A DNA stretch of 64,000 nucleotides from an uncultured Gammaproteobacteria bacterium. GTDB taxonomy: Bacteria > Patescibacteriota > Microgenomatia > UBA12405. Positions 1 to 8,721 of the stretch are shown piece after piece. The translations under genes and the position numbers were made by a program. The notes beneath the pieces were generated by a model. That model saw only the letters and a list, made by a program, of their open reading frames with translations, was not told where the DNA came from and searched no databases. Location of the stretch: positions 113,577 to 177,576 of the forward strand of contig CAYUZS010000002.1 of NCBI GenBank assembly GCA_964448705.1, in the 5' to 3' direction. Position 1 is the first letter of the stretch. Each line of letters starts with the position of its first letter.

Positions 1-499
1 GAGTAATTTTGAGACCGGTCCAAGTGCCGGAAAGTGTAGAATACCGATCGTAATTACCGTTTATAAAAGCCAGGGGATCATTAGCACCAAGAAGTGAAGA
101 ATATCTTTCGATATAGCCGCCACGATGACGATAAGTAAAAAAAATCGGCTCTGAACCAATAATCTGTTGATCTGTAAAAGGATTTAACATTAACTGCAAC
201 CAATCATTTTGAGGAAGTATATTGTCAGAATCAATAAAAGCAACAAAGGGAGAGTTGGCTTTTTTGAGACCAATTGCCTTACCGGCTTCGGCTGTTTTTA
301 AAGGATTTTTTAAAATACGAGCATGATATTTTTTGGCAATAAGCAGGGTGCGGTCGATAGAGCCACCGTCGCAAATATAAAGATGGACCTTATTTTTGGG
401 ATAATTTTGTAGGGATATTGATCGGAGACATTTAGTTAAAACTTTTTCTGAATTCAGAGTAGGAATAATAATATCGATGTCAAATGATACCGCCATAAC
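1..499 (-). CDS. Glycosyltransferase family 2, 5'-partial (runs off window start)
   Basis: Minus-strand translation starts MAVSFDIDIIIPTLNSEKVLTKCLRSISLQNYPKNKVHLYICDGGSIDRT and contains FIDSDN (DxD-like). This is a typical GT2 N-terminus. It is absent from the ORF track because no stop falls inside the window. It overlaps the 3' end of the rSAM gene by about 20 nt. Confidence 0.7.
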
Positions 500-2066
500 G
501 ATGTATGATACTAAAAATTCGATAATCGAGCGGCAGTTCAAAAAATTTCAATTTCCAACGGAGAGTAACCAAAAATAGGGCGATGTAATAACCGATGTTA
601 AAAGCAATTTTTCCAAAAAAATTATTTATCCGGTTAGACAACATATCATAGGTGTCCCGATCCATGATGCCAAAAATATATTGGGTCAACATCGCCGTCA
701 ACTGAGCATCATGATGGCTGATCCATTTTTGTTTTAAAGTTTCCTGAAAAGCATCCTCCGGAGACATAAGATAATTGCTCCAACCATTGAGACTTTTAGG
801 ATAATTGAGCCCTAATTTAACCGCCCGCTTGAATAAAGGGGCACCGGGATAAGGTAGGAAAATATAATAGGTATAACGATTACGGTTACATATTTTTAAG
901 AGTTTATCGATTAGAGTTAAAGTCGCTTTATATTCTTCGGCAACAAAACGATTATTTTCCTGAGGATTTTTTGACCAAGGTAAACCAACCAGAAAAGAGT
1001 ATAAAATTTTGATCTTATATTGCTGACATCTTTTAGTGAAAGTAATCAGTTCATCAACATTCATATCTTTAGAAATAAAATCCAAGGCATTTTGAGAACC
1101 GGATTCGGCACCGGTTAGAATCATAGCGCAACCAGTTTTCTGCATTAATTTCCAGGTTTTTTCCTGATAACGGGATAATTGACCGGCACGACCATTAGCG
1201 TTTCCCCATTTTAAATGAAGTTTTCTATCTATTAATCCCTGACAGATTTCAGTGACACGTCGTTCATCAACGAAAAAGTTACTGTCATAAACAGCAATAG
1301 AATCGGCCCGGTAAGTTTTTTTTAAAAATGCCCATTCATCAAGGACTTTAGAAGCGGGAACCGGCTGCCAATGACGTTTATTAACGATTTCTTCAACACA
1401 AAAAGCACAACGATGAGGACAACCGTAACTGGAAATATAAGGAATTGTCCGTTGACCGTATTCGGTATTCTGAACACATTTTTCGACATCGATCAGGTGA
1501 TAAGGCAGTGACGGTAGTTGGCGCAAATCAACCGGAGGTGCATCAGGGTTGGAGAAGATTTTTGATTTTTGTTTAAAGGTGATTCCGGGAATATCTTTTA
1601 AGGATTGACGGCGATAAAGGGTGTTAACCAAGAGGGGGAAAGTTATATCACCCGGCCCACGAACGACTATGTCCACATAATGATTTTTTACCGTTTGTTC
1701 GGGAAGAATTGAAGGATGCCAGCCTCCCCATACTATAGGAATATGAGGATATTTTTTTTTGAAAGCTTTGGCGACTTTTAGACCATCATGAATTTGAAAA
1801 CCTGTCATAGCACTGATGCCGAGACAAACAACGTCTTCACCCTGGTTAAGAATTTCTTCTAAATAGTTTTTTTGAAGATGACGGGCATAGATATTAATTT
1901 TATATTTCTGTTTGTCTAATAATCTGGATATAGCCAGGAGAGCCAGGGGGACACCATGCCAATTTCTTTCATACGGCAACGGCGAGGGAAAATATAAAAG
2001 AACTTTTTTTTTAGATTTTGGAATTGATTGGGAAGTCACGGAGTTTTTGGAGATATTTAAAGGCAT
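480..2066 (-). CDS. B12-binding domain radical SAM protein (class B rSAM)
   Basis: The N-terminal Rossmann-like segment (VVCLGISAMTGFQ...IPIVWGGWHPS) resembles a cobalamin-binding domain. The Cys cluster GCPHRCAFC is canonical Cx3Cx2C. A downstream GAESGSQNALD motif is typical of B12-rSAM enzymes. Confidence 0.8.
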   Translation of the reverse strand: MPLNISKNSVTSQSIPKSKKKVLLYFPSPLPYERNWHGVPLALLAISRLLDKQKYKINIYARHLQKNYLEEILNQGEDVVCLGISAMTGFQIHDGLKVAKAFKKKYPHIPIVWGGWHPSILPEQTVKNHYVDIVVRGPGDITFPLLVNTLYRRQSLKDIPGITFKQKSKIFSNPDAPPVDLRQLPSLPYHLIDVEKCVQNTEYGQRTIPYISSYGCPHRCAFCVEEIVNKRHWQPVPASKVLDEWAFLKKTYRADSIAVYDSNFFVDERRVTEICQGLIDRKLHLKWGNANGRAGQLSRYQEKTWKLMQKTGCAMILTGAESGSQNALDFISKDMNVDELITFTKRCQQYKIKILYSFLVGLPWSKNPQENNRFVAEEYKATLTLIDKLLKICNRNRYTYYIFLPYPGAPLFKRAVKLGLNYPKSLNGWSNYLMSPEDAFQETLKQKWISHHDAQLTAMLTQYIFGIMDRDTYDMLSNRINNFFGKIAFNIGYYIALFLVTLRWKLKFFELPLDYRIFSIIHRYGGII

Positions 2067-3543
2067 AAGTAGTTAAATAACGGATATCGTCTATATTTCT
2101 GATGGAAATGACCTTTCTGAGCAGAAACTTGGGAGTTAAGACTCCATAAAATAATTCCCGAACTAATTTTAATTGAGTTTCTTTTTTAATTGGTGATTTC
2201 ATAACTGGTTGGCGCATGTCAAAATCGTTCCAGTCATGGCTTAACAACCAATTGTTTTTTAGACATTCAGCATAGAGCGGTGTGCCGGGATAAGGAATAA
2301 CAATAGTTGCCTGCATACTGTCGGCTAATACGTCTTTAAATAATTGCCTGGCTTCATTTAAAGTATTTTTGGCATCTGATAACTTTTCCCACGGATATCC
2401 AATCATAATTGTGATATGTGGTTGTAGACCTGCTTTTTTGGCCATAACAAGGGTATTTCTGGCATCCTCCGGTTTGGTATTTTTAACCAGACGATTGAGG
2501 GTGTTTTGATTATTGGACTCCAAACCGTAAAGTATAAAACGAAAACCAGCCCGGCCCATGAGATTGTATTGTTCCTGATTTAAGGCTCCGAAACGCATAT
2601 TACAGCCGATAGTAACTTTTTTATTTAAGCCTTTTTTGATTAATTGATGACAAAGATCGTTAAGCCAGGGACCAATCGGTAAAGTGCCGGCATCATCAAA
2701 AATTTCTCTGACTCCGAGCCTGGACAAATTTTCTATTTCTTTAATGATATGTTTAACGGAAAAATTCCGAAAAGTGTTACCCGGATGAGTGGTCGTCCAG
2801 GAACAAAAAGTACATTTCCCCCACCAACAATCCCGACCGGACATAATATATGCGCCGGGCTTATATTTAAAATTAGTGTTGTTCCAACCGTAAAGCTGCC
2901 ACTTGGTCAGTTTTCTATCGATAATAGGCATTGAATCCAAAAAGTGATGTTTTAAGGCAAATTTGCCGGTATTTAGTATTTTAGAGCTTTGGTTCTTTTG
3001 TGTTTTAGAGCGATAGTAAAAACCAGGTTCGAGCTTTGATTTTTTAGAGAGATGATTGGCTAAATTAATCATCATAAAATCGTAATCTCCGCCGGTGATA
3101 ACATAATCGGCCAAGGAGTTTTCCATTGATTCTTCGGGCATAGCAGTGACATGATCACCCATGAGAGCGACTTTGGATTGGGGTAGATAACGTTTTATGT
3201 CGGCAATAATCTGCCAGTGCTTCTTGATAACCGGAGTTTTGGATTCGATAAAAATTAACTGCGGCTTATTTTTGATTAACCTATCCAACCATTGCTGATA
3301 GGAAATTTTTTCAGCAATGGCGTCATCCCAAAATACCCGATAACCCATTTTTTTTAGGGCAGAAGCACCATAGGCCGGGATAACAGGAAGAATGACATTG
3401 CCGGTGTTAGTCCACTGAAATTGACGATTTTGGGCTAAAAACGGTTGACCTTTAGAGGATATAAGTGGCGGGTAAGAAACCGAGATGGAGAATTTCGGCT
3501 TAGCCGCCGAGATAGCCTTTTTCATTGGCTTTGTGTGGTACAA
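2011..3543 (-). CDS. B12-binding domain radical SAM protein, paralog with variant Cys spacing
   Basis: Same architecture as the neighbouring rSAM gene: B12-like N-domain (KVALMGDHVTAMPE), Cys cluster DCWWGKCTFC (Cx4Cx2C) and a YGLESNNQNTL motif matching GAESGSQNAL of the neighbour. Confidence 0.7.
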   Translation of the reverse strand: MYHTKPMKKAISAAKPKFSISVSYPPLISSKGQPFLAQNRQFQWTNTGNVILPVIPAYGASALKKMGYRVFWDDAIAEKISYQQWLDRLIKNKPQLIFIESKTPVIKKHWQIIADIKRYLPQSKVALMGDHVTAMPEESMENSLADYVITGGDYDFMMINLANHLSKKSKLEPGFYYRSKTQKNQSSKILNTGKFALKHHFLDSMPIIDRKLTKWQLYGWNNTNFKYKPGAYIMSGRDCWWGKCTFCSWTTTHPGNTFRNFSVKHIIKEIENLSRLGVREIFDDAGTLPIGPWLNDLCHQLIKKGLNKKVTIGCNMRFGALNQEQYNLMGRAGFRFILYGLESNNQNTLNRLVKNTKPEDARNTLVMAKKAGLQPHITIMIGYPWEKLSDAKNTLNEARQLFKDVLADSMQATIVIPYPGTPLYAECLKNNWLLSHDWNDFDMRQPVMKSPIKKETQLKLVRELFYGVLTPKFLLRKVISIRNIDDIRYLTTYAFKYLQKLRDFPINSKI

Positions 3544-4447
3544 AATTTAAATTTTTAGATAAAAAACCAGTAATAAACATTATACCGTAGTATAGATGGG
3601 TACAGGGGATAGTAATTACAGCCAGGATAGAAATTGAGAGTTTATTTTTCTTTAACAAGAATGAAATAAAGGTGACAATTAATAATAATAGATATAAAAA
3701 AAGGAAAGGATAAAATTTGGTAAAAGGGAGAGTGAGGATATAAAGAAAAAAGATACTAGGGATAAAATAACCAATTCTTCGGCTAGTTTTGGGATAAAGT
3801 TTGGCAAAATTACCACGATGTTTGGCGTATCTGGTTATTTGTTGAAGGTGGGGAAGAATTACTTTCCGACGGTGATGATAAACAATGACTGACGGATGGT
3901 AATAAATTTTTTTGTGAAGTTGATACACAAGGTCGTGGCAAAGAATGGTATCTTCACCAGGCCAATGATGAGTATTAAAACCTTTTACTTTAACAAAATC
4001 AGATTTACGGACTATAAGATTTACCGAGGGATAGTCATCGACAAATCTGGCCGGTGAGACTAAATTACGATAGGTGCCGGCTCCCCCGCTGCCAAGGTAG
4101 CTAGACCATACTAAACCGGATGCTTGTTGAAGAACACTATCATGCGGAGGAGTTAGACAAGGACCGCAAACAGCGGCCAGAGAAGGTTTAAAAATATGAC
4201 GGGCATTTTTAAGCCAATCCGGTGAAGGATATGAATCATCATCGAGAAAAGCAAGATATTTTCCTTTGGCTTTTTTGGCACCAAGATTTCTTTTGATGGC
4301 CGGACTAACCGGTCCGGAAATTTTGTCAGTGATAACTAAAATTTCAAATGAAGTAAACGATTGTCGGGAAAGGTGTTTGATAGTTTCTCTTAGATAGGGA
4401 GTCTCGGTTCGTACAGGAATTATGATTGAAAAGAGTGGTTTTTTCAT
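3500..4447 (-). CDS. Glycosyltransferase family 2 with C-terminal transmembrane region
   Basis: FSIIIPVRTETPYLRETIKHLSRQSFTSFEILVITD and AFLDDDS are GT2 motifs. The C-terminal ~90 aa are hydrophobic. Confidence 0.75.
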   Translation of the reverse strand: MKKPLFSIIIPVRTETPYLRETIKHLSRQSFTSFEILVITDKISGPVSPAIKRNLGAKKAKGKYLAFLDDDSYPSPDWLKNARHIFKPSLAAVCGPCLTPPHDSVLQQASGLVWSSYLGSGGAGTYRNLVSPARFVDDYPSVNLIVRKSDFVKVKGFNTHHWPGEDTILCHDLVYQLHKKIYYHPSVIVYHHRRKVILPHLQQITRYAKHRGNFAKLYPKTSRRIGYFIPSIFFLYILTLPFTKFYPFLFLYLLLLIVTFISFLLKKNKLSISILAVITIPCTHLYYGIMFITGFLSKNLNFVPHKANEKGYLGG

Positions 4448-5274
4448 TAACCTAAGTTAATACGCATTTTTAAATCCTGATCATATTTCCATTGGCGTTT
4501 ATTTTTATCGTCGTAATAATGGAGAATACGCAGTCGATAAAAAATTGCCAGGGCATCGACAAGAGATTTGAAAATTGTTTTGATGCCGGTGGCGTGAGTG
4601 AGACTTGAAAAAACATATTTCAATTTAACAGGAGCTTCGTAAATTCTGGTGAAACCAAGATAATTAGCGACAGAAAGAATCTCCAAATCGAAGGCATAAT
4701 TTTTAACCAACAACCGCGGCAAAACTTTAACTAAAACTTTTCTTTTAAAAATTTTTAAGCCGGCCTGGGTATCTTTGACACGAATTCCCAATAAAAAACG
4801 GGAAATGATTTGGGCTCCAAAACTAATGATTCTCCGGTCGAGAGGATAATTTACAACCGAGGCAGGGTGGCGTTTTGAAGCGACGATTATATCAGCATCA
4901 TACCATTCCAAATGTTCAATTAAGAGTGAAATACCGTTAGGGTCTATTTCCATACCGGAATCGATAAAAGAAATATAGTCACCTTTGGTATGGGCCATGC
5001 CATATCTGACGGCATAACCTTTACCATGATTATGTTGATAGCCAATTACTTTTAAATTTTGATTTCTAATTGATTTGGCAATTTTAAATGATTGATCGAC
5101 TTTTATACCGTCAACTACAGCAATAACTTCATATTGATAACGAATCCGATCCAGGCTGTAGAGAATAGTGGAAAGATCATCGGCAATAGTTTTTTCCTGT
5201 TTATAAACTGGAACGATGACCGATATAAAATGGGAATTATTTACCATAAGATAAAGCCTGTTCATAGGCAGCAA
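4447..5274 (-). CDS. Glycosyltransferase family 2
   Basis: ISVIVPVYKQEKTIADDLSTILYSL...VIAVVDG has a GT2 N-terminal signature. Confidence 0.65.
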   Translation of the reverse strand: MLPMNRLYLMVNNSHFISVIVPVYKQEKTIADDLSTILYSLDRIRYQYEVIAVVDGIKVDQSFKIAKSIRNQNLKVIGYQHNHGKGYAVRYGMAHTKGDYISFIDSGMEIDPNGISLLIEHLEWYDADIIVASKRHPASVVNYPLDRRIISFGAQIISRFLLGIRVKDTQAGLKIFKRKVLVKVLPRLLVKNYAFDLEILSVANYLGFTRIYEAPVKLKYVFSSLTHATGIKTIFKSLVDALAIFYRLRILHYYDDKNKRQWKYDQDLKMRINLG

Positions 5275-6331
5275 GCGTTTGAATGGCAGTATATTTCCAA
5301 TTAAATATTTTAGATCGCTGTAAACCCTTGAAGGAATATTGCTTTTGAAGTTGAGAATCGGTCCATACTTTTTTCAGAGATTTTTTCAGAGCATTATGGT
5401 GGTAAGGATTAAAAAACTCACCATTGTAGTCCATAATTTCAGATAAAGAAGTTTCCTGACTATAAACAACCGGAGTGCCGCAACTCATGGCTTCGACAAC
5501 AGTTAAACCAAATCCTTCAGCATAAGACGGCTGACAATAAATAGTGGCCAAATTGTACAACAGCGGTAGGTCTTCATCCGGAACAAAGCCAAGTAATTTA
5601 AGAGCATGGGAATGCCGATACTTTGAGGCTTTTGATTGAAGCCAATGAATATCCCTAGTCCACGGATGAGAAGGTACTTTTTTAACAGCAGATGAACCGG
5701 CGATAACCAAAGGATATTTTAATTTTAAACATGCTTTAACCAAAGTGCGGATATTTTTATTCCAATTGATATCACCAACAAAAAGGACAAATTTGTCCGG
5801 TAAATCATATTTTGTTTTTATCTTTTTTAGAAGTTGATTGTCGGTAACCGGTTTAAAAACAGGTAAGGCGGCTTCGTGGGTGACATAAATTTTATCGGCC
5901 GGGTAATTTAAAATATCAGAGATAATATATTTGGAATAATGGGAAACAGTAATAATTAAAGTTGAACGGCGGGCAAGAAAGCGCTGGATCAACCATTTGA
6001 TTTCCCCTTTTATGCCGACGGGGAAATGTGATTTGAATTGTCGTGGAATTAAATCGTGGATGGTGATTATCGATGGAATTTTTTGTTGTACGGGTAAAGT
6101 TAATGAAAAAGGATCAAAATAAGGATAGTGGATCAACTGATATGAGCTAATGTCTGTTTTGGGAGTGCTGATGAGGTCTATTTTAAAATGGCGGTACTTA
6201 GGGTTTATTTTTATTTCTTTTTGAAGGTAATCGACTAAATTTCGGGTGTAATAGCCGACTCCCCTGATGGAGTTGCCGTCATTTAGAGGACTGACATCAA
6301 TGGCGACTCTGACGGTTTTACTGGAAATCAT
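5237..6331 (-). CDS. Glycosyltransferase family 4 (GT-B, group 1)
   Basis: C-terminal EGFGLTVVEAMSCGTPVV motif of retaining GT4 enzymes. Confidence 0.8.
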   Translation of the reverse strand: MISSKTVRVAIDVSPLNDGNSIRGVGYYTRNLVDYLQKEIKINPKYRHFKIDLISTPKTDISSYQLIHYPYFDPFSLTLPVQQKIPSIITIHDLIPRQFKSHFPVGIKGEIKWLIQRFLARRSTLIITVSHYSKYIISDILNYPADKIYVTHEAALPVFKPVTDNQLLKKIKTKYDLPDKFVLFVGDINWNKNIRTLVKACLKLKYPLVIAGSSAVKKVPSHPWTRDIHWLQSKASKYRHSHALKLLGFVPDEDLPLLYNLATIYCQPSYAEGFGLTVVEAMSCGTPVVYSQETSLSEIMDYNGEFFNPYHHNALKKSLKKVWTDSQLQKQYSFKGLQRSKIFNWKYTAIQTLAAYEQALSYGK

Positions 6332-7106
6332 TTAAGTTGCCTTTTAAAACCGTTAACTCATAATGTTTGACATACACTGAGGGAAAACGTAAGGCAGAAT
6401 AAAAAGCGTATACAAAACCAGGGAAACCGTCAACAAATCCCAAATGACGAAAATAAATTTGAAAGAAACGATAAAACGGTTTAAAGAAAAAATAACTAAT
6501 AAATGATAGTTTTTGATGTTTATCGGCTAAAAGTTTGGCTTCAATGGAAGTGTAGCGGTTGGCTCTGGCCTGATACCTGAAAAAAGTAGGGTCGGAAAAA
6601 TGCTGAAGGTTAGAGGAAAGATGGCCGACAGATCCGGTAATCTCGGCCTGCTCGTGAACATCAAGACAAGGAAGTTTACCGTAGCCGTTTTTGTACAACC
6701 GAATAGTCGGATCAGGGTAGGCACCGCCTTTTTTAAGAAAACGACCGAGAAAATAATTGGTTCTATTGATCCAATAACCATTATGTTGAGGATTATTGAT
6801 AGTCGAGACAATCTCTTTTTTAAGCTCCGGAGTAACCACTTCATCAGGATCGAGCTGAAGAATCCATTCACCATGACAGGCATCAATAGCCGTTTGTTTA
6901 TTAAGATGAAATAGCGGATGATTAGGACCGGAAATAATTTTAGCCTGAGGATATTTTTTAATAATAGAGACGGTATTATCTAAAGATTGGGCGTCGTAAA
7001 CAACTATTTCATCAGCAATATCTTTGATGGCATCGAGGCAGCGTTTAATAAATTCCTGTTCATTAAAAGAAGCCAAAGCGATGGAGAGTTTAATTTTATT
7101 CTTCAT
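6318..7106 (-). CDS. Glycosyltransferase family 2
   Basis: LSIALASFNEQEFIKRCLDAIKDIADEIVVYDAQSLDNT. It shares the ADEI(I/V)V subtype motif with the GT2 genes at 24360-25142 and 26059-27015. Confidence 0.75.
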   Translation of the reverse strand: MKNKIKLSIALASFNEQEFIKRCLDAIKDIADEIVVYDAQSLDNTVSIIKKYPQAKIISGPNHPLFHLNKQTAIDACHGEWILQLDPDEVVTPELKKEIVSTINNPQHNGYWINRTNYFLGRFLKKGGAYPDPTIRLYKNGYGKLPCLDVHEQAEITGSVGHLSSNLQHFSDPTFFRYQARANRYTSIEAKLLADKHQKLSFISYFFFKPFYRFFQIYFRHLGFVDGFPGFVYAFYSALRFPSVYVKHYELTVLKGNLNDFQ

Positions 7107-7122
7107 AAGATTTTATTTTATG

Positions 7123-8721
7123 CTAGTTTGTGTATATTTTAAAACTTTGACCGGTTATTTGATAGTCAGCGGAGTCGATCACTAAAGAATTTTGAGGGAT
7201 ATTTTCGGGAATACTAAAAAAGATGTTATCAATTTTAGAAATGGTTGAAAAACCAAATTTATCGGGAGGAGTTAACTGACTTTGAACCTGAAAATCTTTT
7301 GGTGGATATTGAGAAAAGAATAAATAAAGAATATATGGCTGATCATATTTATCGGTAATATAGACTTGTTCATAATTAGCTTTTTGTGATTCAACATATG
7401 GGACAAGGGAATCAAATCCGGTGTTCCAGGCAAACGAATATTTTTGGGGGGATCGGATAAAATAAGAGTCAAAATAATAGCCGAAAGAATAGAAGTATAA
7501 AAAGGATAAGATAATGAGAAGAATTTTTTGAGATATTCCTTTAGAGGAAAAGAAACTTAGTAAGCCATAAACACCAGAGGCGATAAAAACAGAGATGGGA
7601 ACAGACATCGGCAATGCCCGGAGAGCCGAGGGCGCCTGGAATGTTAAAGATGAGGCGAGAGGACCGATTAAAAGCCAAAGGAGCATTAATTTACCTAAGG
7701 CATTAGTCTCCCGACGGCTGATTAAAAATATTAGGCCGATGATTAAAAGAGGTATTTCAAACAAATATGCCTGCCCCATGTCCGGAGATTTTGACCTTGG
7801 AACTTCGTCCCCATTTAAGAATAAAAAATTAAAATCAAAATGAGATGTATATTTTTGAGCCCAGGATAAACCATATAGAATTCTTTTATTGTGAATCAAG
7901 CGATAAACAATATCGACACTACCGTGTTGGTTTAATAGTTCTTCGGCTCGAGCAGTGGGCCCGTAATCAGCGGTTAAACCGACTCCGTTGAATCGGGCGG
8001 TTCCACCATTATTCAGAAAAGAAACTATTACCGGAATAGTAAGAACTACAGCAATAAGAAAAGAGAAAATTGAGCGGGGTAAATTTTTAAGAAATAAATT
8101 TTTATTAAAAATAATAATAATGAAAACCAGAACGGGGATAACAATTCTGGCGGAATGATAGACATAAAGGGAAGCAACAAACGGCAGGGGAAATAGAAAA
8201 AGATAAATGTTTTTTTGACGAATAAAATAAGAATACAGCCAATAAACACCCAAAATTAATAAAAACAAGGCAATGGAAGTTTCCCAAGCACCTCTGGAAA
8301 AATGAATATGCCATGGGTTAAGAGTTAAAACCAGAGAACTTAATAAAGATAAGGATTCAGATTTGGTTAACAATAAAACCAGCCGATAAAGAATAAAAAT
8401 AGTTAAAACTGAAAGAATCAAATTCGGCAGACGAATGGCTAAAACATTTAAGCCTAAAAATTTAATAAACGGTAAAGCCAAATAAACATAACCACCGGGT
8501 TTATAGTCGCCGAAGGATTCAAAATGAAGAGGCCAACTGTGTCCATGTTCGTCTTTACCGGTTTCCAAAAGTGAATAGGCATTGTAGCCCAAAGCGGCCT
8601 CATCGGGATTTAAAGCCGGTAGAGTGTTAATTTTGTAGCCTCTAATCAGAAAAGCCAAAAATAGAATAATAACCAGAATAATTTTAGGGTGTTTCATAAG
8701 CATAAAATGAAGAATGGCCAT
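7123..8721 (-). CDS. GT-C membrane glycosyltransferase, GT39/PMT/ArnT-like (paralog 1); likely start near 8697
   Basis: Polytopic membrane protein. The first-loop motif is NPDEAALGYNAYSLLETGKDEHGHSWPLHFESFGDYKPGGYVYLALPF. The DE acidic motif lies in a loop after TM1, as in PMT/ArnT GT-C enzymes. A soluble C-terminal domain carries QPYILYLFFSQYPPKDF. Confidence 0.7.
   Translation of the reverse strand: MAILHFMLMKHPKIILVIILFLAFLIRGYKINTLPALNPDEAALGYNAYSLLETGKDEHGHSWPLHFESFGDYKPGGYVYLALPFIKFLGLNVLAIRLPNLILSVLTIFILYRLVLLLTKSESLSLLSSLVLTLNPWHIHFSRGAWETSIALFLLILGVYWLYSYFIRQKNIYLFLFPLPFVASLYVYHSARIVIPVLVFIIIIFNKNLFLKNLPRSIFSFLIAVVLTIPVIVSFLNNGGTARFNGVGLTADYGPTARAEELLNQHGSVDIVYRLIHNKRILYGLSWAQKYTSHFDFNFLFLNGDEVPRSKSPDMGQAYLFEIPLLIIGLIFLISRRETNALGKLMLLWLLIGPLASSLTFQAPSALRALPMSVPISVFIASGVYGLLSFFSSKGISQKILLIILSFLYFYSFGYYFDSYFIRSPQKYSFAWNTGFDSLVPYVESQKANYEQVYITDKYDQPYILYLFFSQYPPKDFQVQSQLTPPDKFGFSTISKIDNIFFSIPENIPQNSLVIDSADYQITGQSFKIYTN

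Noticed and set aside
2749-2934. Short ORFs of 60-120 aa from the track that lie antisense to, or inside, long well-supported genes. Examples are 2749-2934, 5092-5304, 6527-6914, 7272-7472, 8046-8314, 9207-9410, 11128-11340, 12779-12979, 14053-14250, 14782-14988, 16334-16624, 18123-18335, 20181-20363, 22994-23182, 23672-23908, 24366-24548, 24976-25179, 25417-25744, 27616-27816, 28198-28437, 30326-30584, 30884-31066, 32842-33232, 33495-33692, 37033-37236, 37775-37981, 40287-40520, 41863-42081, 42444-42905, 45057-45625, 46908-47093, 47518-48169, 48730-49029, 52870-53217, 53459-53720, 54753-55094, 57361-57589, 59035-59241 and 60513-60725.
   Set aside because: Each is fully overlapped by a longer ORF with clear family motifs on another frame or strand. 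Their sequences are low-complexity, often Lys/Phe/Ile-rich, as expected from AT-rich antisense frames. None has a recognisable domain.
2011-3543. Treating the Cx4Cx2C cluster as evidence that the second B12-binding protein is not a radical-SAM enzyme.
   Set aside because: The downstream GLESNNQN motif, the overall length and the paralogy to the canonical neighbour support a radical-SAM fold. Non-canonical Cys spacings are known in the superfamily. The call is kept, with lowered confidence.
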